IMG/VR virus record: IMGVR_UViG_3300028024_000077
Location: 72,341-103,480 of that record
Strand: one strand, 5' to 3'
Source: a virus
DNA: 31,140 nucleotides
Shown here: piece after piece, positions 26,332-31,140 of the stretch
How positions within the stretch are numbered: the first letter of the stretch is position 1
Layout of the letters: each line of letters opens with the position of its first letter
Program-made: the position numbers and the translations under genes
The notes under the pieces: generated by a model
Seen by the model: the letters and a program-made list of their open reading frames with translations, nothing else
Database searches by the model: none
Told to the model about the DNA's origin: nothing

Positions 26332-26802
26332 ATGGCCGACTTTCGAGTAACTGACGCGTATGGCCGCCACGAGAGCGGCACGAAATTCTATCAGGTGATC
26401 ACGATCACCAATAGCGCCACAAATGACGCGGTGATGATCAGTCGCTGGGGCAAGCTCGAAGCCCTTGGTCAGCTTGACATTGAGGTCGGTAAAGTAACGG
26501 CGATAAACGCGATGGCCGACAGGAAGGTTCGTCAGAAATCAGGGCGAGGCTACGGTTTCGCGGGTCTCGGCCGGAACATGGTAATGGCCGTGAACGACTC
26601 AGACGGCGCCGAGAATTTCTTGGCCCGCAATGGTTTCATGGCGAAATCGCAATGGCAGCGGGTCGTCGAGGTCTATAAAGGCCGGTTGGAGACGATCGGC
26701 TTCTTTGGATCGGATCACACCGCAGATCCTATTGCAGCAATCATCGAGAGTGTCGCGCCCGAGGTCGAAGGGCCGGGGCATGAAGAATGGGGGACATGGT
26801 AA
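26332..26802 (+). CDS. WGR-domain protein
   Basis: TKFYQV...SRWGK...GQ...KVRQKSGRGY matches the WGR domain pattern; GGAG RBS. Confidence 0.7.
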   Translation: MADFRVTDAYGRHESGTKFYQVITITNSATNDAVMISRWGKLEALGQLDIEVGKVTAINAMADRKVRQKSGRGYGFAGLGRNMVMAVNDSDGAENFLARNGFMAKSQWQRVVEVYKGRLETIGFFGSDHTADPIAAIIESVAPEVEGPGHEEWGTW

Positions 26803-27413
26803 TGGCCGAGACAAGCTACGGCGGCAAGAACGCCTATCAGATGGATTGCGAAGTCACCGGTGAGGTCGTGCCTTACGGCATTTGCCAGATCATCGTCGAG
26901 AATGTCCGCAATCGGGTGATGATCCCAAAGAGCTACGAGCGGTGCGTCGAGAGCATCAAGGCGGAGACGTGCCCGGCGGTCAGAATGCAGAAGGAAGAGG
27001 CCGAGGCCAAGAAGGTGCTCTATTTCGAGCCCTGGAAGCCGGCCGACTGCTTTAAGCACACGCCGCCGGTCGAAGTCCAACCAGAGCACCGGCCGCTGGT
27101 CTTGAAGTTCAAGGACGGACCGACGGTGGACTCGGCCAATGTGCAGCCGAAGCGGGGCGGCGTGGCCCCGGTCGATGCTATTCGCGGCCAGAAAGATAAA
27201 TCACCGCTTACTTTCGACACACCAAGTTATGCCGACGTGATCAACGCTGCGATCGCCGAGGCGAAGAAACCCGCTCAGACGGTCGAGGAGCCCGTCCAGG
27301 AGCAGAAGGGTAGCGAGACGACGCAGCCGGCGCCAAAGCCGGCCAGTGCGCCCCAAACGGGCGCCCGCTCGCTCGCTGACATAGCGCGCAGCATGATGGG
27401 AGCAAAACAGTGA
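26787..27413 (+). CDS. Hypothetical protein, Cys-containing N-domain and disordered tail (start may be a few codons later)
   Basis: Four spaced Cys in the N-terminal 65 aa; coupled to ligase by GTGA overlap. Confidence 0.65.
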   Translation: MGDMVMAETSYGGKNAYQMDCEVTGEVVPYGICQIIVENVRNRVMIPKSYERCVESIKAETCPAVRMQKEEAEAKKVLYFEPWKPADCFKHTPPVEVQPEHRPLVLKFKDGPTVDSANVQPKRGGVAPVDAIRGQKDKSPLTFDTPSYADVINAAIAEAKKPAQTVEEPVQEQKGSETTQPAPKPASAPQTGARSLADIARSMMGAKQ

Positions 27414-28798
27414 CCTGCCAGGTCTTTGAACGCATTGAGACTATCGCCGCCCACGGCGGCAAGAACGACAAGATCCGCCTGATCGCCGAGGGAAAGGATG
27501 ATCCGAATTTCATCTACGTTCTGAAGGCGGCTCTAGACGGCTTCACCACCTACGGAATGGCCAAGATCCCCAACGTGAAGACGTTTGGCACGGTCGCGCT
27601 GTTCTCGGATGAGGGCAAATTCGCCATTGAAGGGCTGGCGCAGATGGCCCGCCGTGACCTGACCGGCGGCGAGGCCAAAAACTTCGTGACCAATGCCCTT
27701 CAGACCCTGGACGAGCCGGGCGGCATCCTGCTGCGGCGGATCATCACCCGCGATCTGCGGGCCGGCTTCACCTCCGGCTCGGTCAATAAGGCGATCCCTG
27801 GACTGATCCGCGAATTCGACTGCGCCTTGGCGAAGCCATTCGAGGAGAAGCGGGTCAAGACCTATCCCGTCCCGGTCGAGCCCAAGCTCGATGGTTGGCG
27901 CGTGCTGGTCGCCGTGGATCTCGGCAACAACTCGGTCAGGTTTCTGTCGCGCACCGGCAAGGAATACACGTCAATGGATCACCTGGTCGAGCCGGTTCTG
28001 GCACATAGCCGGCGGCGGATCGAGGAGCTTTCTCTCCCGTCCGACACCTTGAGTATCCAGCTCCTCAATTACCTCCACGGCGTCGAGGTGATCGGCGACC
28101 AGTCCAAGGCAGCGGCCCAATTCATCCTGGAAGCCGAGGTCGTGTCCGGCACGTTCAACGAGACCGCCAGCTCGATCGGCAAGAAGGACGGGAACGCGAC
28201 CGACGCCGTCCTGAACATCTTCGACATCATCCCGGCCCATATCCTGGAAGTCGGCAAGGGCAAGATCAACTATACCCAGCGGCGGCGCTATCTGGAGCAC
28301 TTCCTCAAGGGCGCCGATACGCACTTGAAACCGATCGAGCGATACCTAGCCGGCAGCGTGGATGACATAATGGAATATTATGCCAAGTTCCGCGCTCGTG
28401 GCCTGGAAGGTGTCATCGTCAAAGACCCTGCGGCGGTCTATGAAGCCAAGCGCGGCTGGTTCTGGATGAAGATCAAGGCCGAAGAGACGATCGACCTGCG
28501 GATCACCGGCGCGGTTGAGGGCGAGGGCAAGTATATCGGCATGCTTGGCAAGATCCTTGTCGATCACAAGGGCGTCGAGGTAGGCATCGGCACGGGGTTG
28601 AGCGACAAGCAGCGGGCGGACTTCTGGGAAGCCTGCTGGCGCGACCAGGCGGCCGGTATCGATCCGATGACGGAAGAAGGCGAGTTCCTGGGTAGGATAT
28701 CCGAGCTGGAATATCACGAGGTCACGCCCGATGGCAGTTTACGCCACGGACGCTTTGTGCGTTTCCGAGACGACAAACGGCTGGACGAAGCCGCGTAA
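27410..28798 (+). CDS. lig: ATP-dependent DNA ligase
   Basis: Motif I EPKLDGWR, IFDI, EGVIVK, WMKIK, OB-fold GIGTG, LRHGRFVRFRDDK. Confidence 0.95.
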   Translation: MTCQVFERIETIAAHGGKNDKIRLIAEGKDDPNFIYVLKAALDGFTTYGMAKIPNVKTFGTVALFSDEGKFAIEGLAQMARRDLTGGEAKNFVTNALQTLDEPGGILLRRIITRDLRAGFTSGSVNKAIPGLIREFDCALAKPFEEKRVKTYPVPVEPKLDGWRVLVAVDLGNNSVRFLSRTGKEYTSMDHLVEPVLAHSRRRIEELSLPSDTLSIQLLNYLHGVEVIGDQSKAAAQFILEAEVVSGTFNETASSIGKKDGNATDAVLNIFDIIPAHILEVGKGKINYTQRRRYLEHFLKGADTHLKPIERYLAGSVDDIMEYYAKFRARGLEGVIVKDPAAVYEAKRGWFWMKIKAEETIDLRITGAVEGEGKYIGMLGKILVDHKGVEVGIGTGLSDKQRADFWEACWRDQAAGIDPMTEEGEFLGRISELEYHEVTPDGSLRHGRFVRFRDDKRLDEAA

Positions 28799-28801
28799 GT
28801 G

Positions 28802-28830
28802 AAGGGGCCGAAAGGCCCCTTTTCTTTTCT
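28802..28830 (+). terminator. Rho-independent terminator after ligase
   Basis: AAGGGGCC-GAAA-GGCCCCTT followed by TTCTTTTCT. Confidence 0.9.
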
Positions 28831-28832
28831 GT

Positions 28833-28876
28833 TTGACTCTCCTGGTTCCAGCGGATAATAAGTAATCACTTACCTA
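28833..28876 (+). promoter_or_regulatory. Putative xis-int promoter (TTGACT...GATAAT) with operator-like copy at 28859-28876 (TAAGTAA TCAC TTACCTA)
   Basis: -35/-10-like hexamers (15-bp spacing, suboptimal) immediately followed by the repeated palindrome. Confidence 0.65.
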
Positions 28877-28893
28877 TCTCTGGAGCTAGACAA

Positions 28894-29160
28894 ATGCTGG
28901 AGCAGCAAACTGCCGACAAGCCGACAAACGTCTTGAAGGAAGAATATTTGACGATCGATGAGTGCGTTTCCGAGATCGAAACAATGGGCTTTAAGGGCGT
29001 CAGACTGCGCCAAATTCAGCGTTGGGCGAACGAAAAGAAGCTGCCCTTCTTCCGCTTCGGCAAGCGCATGTATATCGATCGCCATCAGCTTCGCGAGAGC
29101 TTCCGAAAGCTCCAAAGGGGAGCTGTAAAAGAAGTCGAAAATCCGAGACGACCTCACTAG
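28894..29160 (+). CDS. xis: Excisionase / recombination directionality factor (winged HTH)
   Basis: YLTIDE...IQRWANEKKLPFFRFGKRMYI pattern; directly upstream of integrase. Confidence 0.75.
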   Translation: MLEQQTADKPTNVLKEEYLTIDECVSEIETMGFKGVRLRQIQRWANEKKLPFFRFGKRMYIDRHQLRESFRKLQRGAVKEVENPRRPH

Positions 29161-29192
29161 AAACTTATCTTAGCCCAAGCTAAGTTTCGAGC

Positions 29193-30374
29193 ATGACGAT
29201 CTTCAAAAGAACGTGGACGCACGATGGCGCGGAGAAGGAAGCTTTCCGCGCCATTTATTACGTCGATGGTAAGAAAAAGTTTAAGCAAATGGCCAAGCGG
29301 AAAGACTTGGTCGAATGGCTTAAAAATCACGGCGTCCAGATCCAGGACGAGGCTGAACGGGAAGCCTCGCCGGCGGGTTACAAGACCGTCGCGGACGCGG
29401 CGCAAGACTGGATCGATCGGTGTGAAAAAGGGCTGGGTGATCACCACACACTTGAGCACTCGTCATTGGAGCAATATCGGGGGCATGTGGCTAACCACAT
29501 TTCTCGGCGTATCGGCTCCAAACTTTTGACCGATGTGGATACCAAATTCTGCAAAAATTTCCGCGACGATCTGCTGAAGGATTTGTCGCGCTCGCAAGCC
29601 AAAAAAGTGCTGACCAGTTTCAAGTCTATTCTGAATGAGATGGTTGACCTGGAAATTCTGGCGAACAATCCCGCCCAAAAGGTCATCATTAAGATCGACA
29701 AACGCGAGAAAGAAGAAGTCCAAATCCCCGAGCCGAGCGAGATGAAAAAAATCCTCGAAGGAGCGCTCGCTCTCCGCGACGGGAAAAACAAGCACATGGG
29801 AAAGGCGTGGAGCCGCTATTATCCGATGTTTTTGCTTGCCACTTTGACCGGCCTCCGGCCCTCAGAATATCGCGGCTTGATCTGGGAGAATTTGGATCTC
29901 GAAGCCAAGACCCTCAAAGTTACGCAGCGCGCGGACAACTACAACGTCATTGGATTGCCCAAGTCTCGGGCCGGTTATCGCACGCTGTTCATGCCGCAGA
30001 TCCTGGTCGATGAGTTGAAGCGTTGGCAGAAGCTTTGCCCGGTCGGCGAGCTGGGCCTAGTCTTCCCCAACTGGGAAGGTAAGGTTGAGAACCTCTCCAA
30101 CATTCACAATCGCGGCTGGAACCCGTTGCTTGGGCGCGTTGGCGTGACGGTCATCGAGGACGGCAAAGCCGTGGCAAAATACCATCCCTACGCCATGCGC
30201 CACTTCCGGGCGTCGGTGCTGATCCAGGCCGGCGCAAACGCAAAGCGCGTCCAGATGCAGATGGGTCATGGCTCGATCACCATGACTTATGATACCTATG
30301 GGCATCTCTTTAAGGAGGGCGAAGCCGAAGACCGAGCGCTGACCGAGACCATTGCCGACAGCCTAATGGCATGA
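29193..30374 (+). CDS. int: Tyrosine integrase
   Basis: TGLRPSE (R), PKS (K), HPYAMRH (HxxR-like), MGH, TYDTYGH (Y); 393 aa. Confidence 0.95.
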   Translation: MTIFKRTWTHDGAEKEAFRAIYYVDGKKKFKQMAKRKDLVEWLKNHGVQIQDEAEREASPAGYKTVADAAQDWIDRCEKGLGDHHTLEHSSLEQYRGHVANHISRRIGSKLLTDVDTKFCKNFRDDLLKDLSRSQAKKVLTSFKSILNEMVDLEILANNPAQKVIIKIDKREKEEVQIPEPSEMKKILEGALALRDGKNKHMGKAWSRYYPMFLLATLTGLRPSEYRGLIWENLDLEAKTLKVTQRADNYNVIGLPKSRAGYRTLFMPQILVDELKRWQKLCPVGELGLVFPNWEGKVENLSNIHNRGWNPLLGRVGVTVIEDGKAVAKYHPYAMRHFRASVLIQAGANAKRVQMQMGHGSITMTYDTYGHLFKEGEAEDRALTETIADSLMA

Positions 30375-30389
30375 CACGGAGACCAGCGG

Positions 30390-30459
30390 GGATACACGGC
30401 AAACATTGGTTTCGAGAAAAGGATACATACGGGATACATGGCGAGCTAAGTCATTGAAA
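30390..30459 (+). repeat. Putative integrase arm-type repeats (GGATACA x3 at 30390, 30421, 30432) and IHF-like site TAAGTCATTGAAA (30447-30459)
   Basis: Direct repeats between int and the att core; one mismatch to the reverse IHF consensus YAANNNNTTGATW. Confidence 0.55.
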
Positions 30460-30478
30460 AGGTTATCCCGCCATGAAT

Positions 30479-30523
30479 ATCATAATCCCTTGGTCGGGGG
30501 TTCAAATCCCTCCGCTGCTACCA
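30479..30523 (+). tRNA. 3' half of tRNA with CAT anticodon (probably tRNA-Met), att core duplication at the right prophage end; not an intact tRNA
   Basis: AT-CAT-AA loop, TCCCT, TGGTC, T-arm GGGGG-TTCAAAT-CCCTC, acceptor strand CGCTGCT-A-CCA; no D-arm or pairing 5' half upstream. Confidence 0.85.
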
Positions 30524-31140
30524 TCCTAACCTACGACCCCAAAATAGAAATTTTGCTTTTCTACCCTCAGCGGTGTCGCTTTGCATGTTTCCATTGCAAC
30601 GCTAGGAAAACCGCCGTTTTCCCACCTATTCCGAACGGCTCCGCGCGCGCTTTGGCCAAATCTTGGCCAAAAAAGTTCAGGCGATGTTCACGCCTCGCCG
30701 CGTGATAGATTCTTGAGCCATTGATCCATCGCCGCCATGTCCTGGCTGTCGCGCTCGCGGTCGTTCCAATTGCCAGCCACCAACACTGACGGCGCATCTG
30801 ATCTCGAACGATGTGCGGCCCAATCGGTCGGTATCTTTTCGTCCGCTCTGGCGCAGTCATGCTCAGGAAGGAGTTCCACCGATTGGTGCTCCAGGCAGTC
30901 CGACCATAACTAACTGAAAAAATGGATATTCTGTAGCTGCTGGGGCGCAGTTCTTGCTGCGTTGCGGCATAACTATTTGATTTTACCTTGTTGACGAGTA
31001 GCAAGTCGACATATCATACCACTTCGACCTCGAAACGAGGGGACGGCGGAAAGACGCCATAACGGGGAGGACCAGATGCTAGACAGATTTCGATTCCACC
31101 AAAGCCAGGCGAAGGTGGCCCTTCGAGGCCGGCGGCGATG

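Larger units (their letters stand above)
1..30523 (+). mobile_element. Integrated siphovirus-type prophage (SSU5-related gene set), left end outside window
   Basis: Contiguous head-tail-lysis-replication-xis-int modules ending at a tRNA 3' fragment. Confidence 0.92.

Noticed and set aside
1226-28876. Repeated 18-bp motif as CRISPR repeats or recombination/inversion sites
   Set aside because: Copies are dispersed over kilobases, degenerate and tied to promoters and gene ends; no regular spacers, cas genes or invertase
30445-30523. Intact tRNA-Met gene
   Set aside because: 5' acceptor strand, D-arm and 5' anticodon stem are absent; only the 3' half is present
30406-31004. ORFs 30406-30705 (+), 30567-31004 (-) and 30688-30879 (-)
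   Set aside because: One spans the att/tRNA fragment; none has a convincing RBS or recognisable motif

Overview
Right-hand ~30.5 kb of an integrated temperate siphovirus-type prophage, with all recognisable genes on the + strand, followed by ~0.6 kb of probable host DNA. Gene order: portal C-terminus, scaffold, major capsid, glutaredoxin, head/neck genes, tail tube, tail chaperone pair with a -1 frameshift, tape measure, lambda M/L/K/(I)J-like tail tip, fibre, gp38-like Gly-rich adhesin, QueC-like protein, fibre-associated protein, lysis cassette (GH108 endolysin, GTA-type 3TM holin), PhoH, Hfq/Sm-like protein, DnaB-like helicase, primase, WGR-domain protein, ATP-dependent ligase, xis, tyrosine integrase, then the 3' half of a tRNA(CAT) as the att site. 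From recall, the capsid sequence and the PhoH-helicase-primase-ligase block resemble SSU5/pHCM2-type phage-plasmids, but this element is integrated. The host looks alphaproteobacterial (inference). Most notable: (1) about 13 copies of an 18-bp palindrome TAAGTMA-N4-TKACTTA at module boundaries, overlapping -10 boxes, stop codons and terminators; (2) a stand-alone divergent QueC-family enzyme coupled to a tail adhesin that begins Met-Gly; (3) a phage Hfq/Sm-like gene in front of the helicase. All family calls come from motifs recognised by eye; no searches were run.
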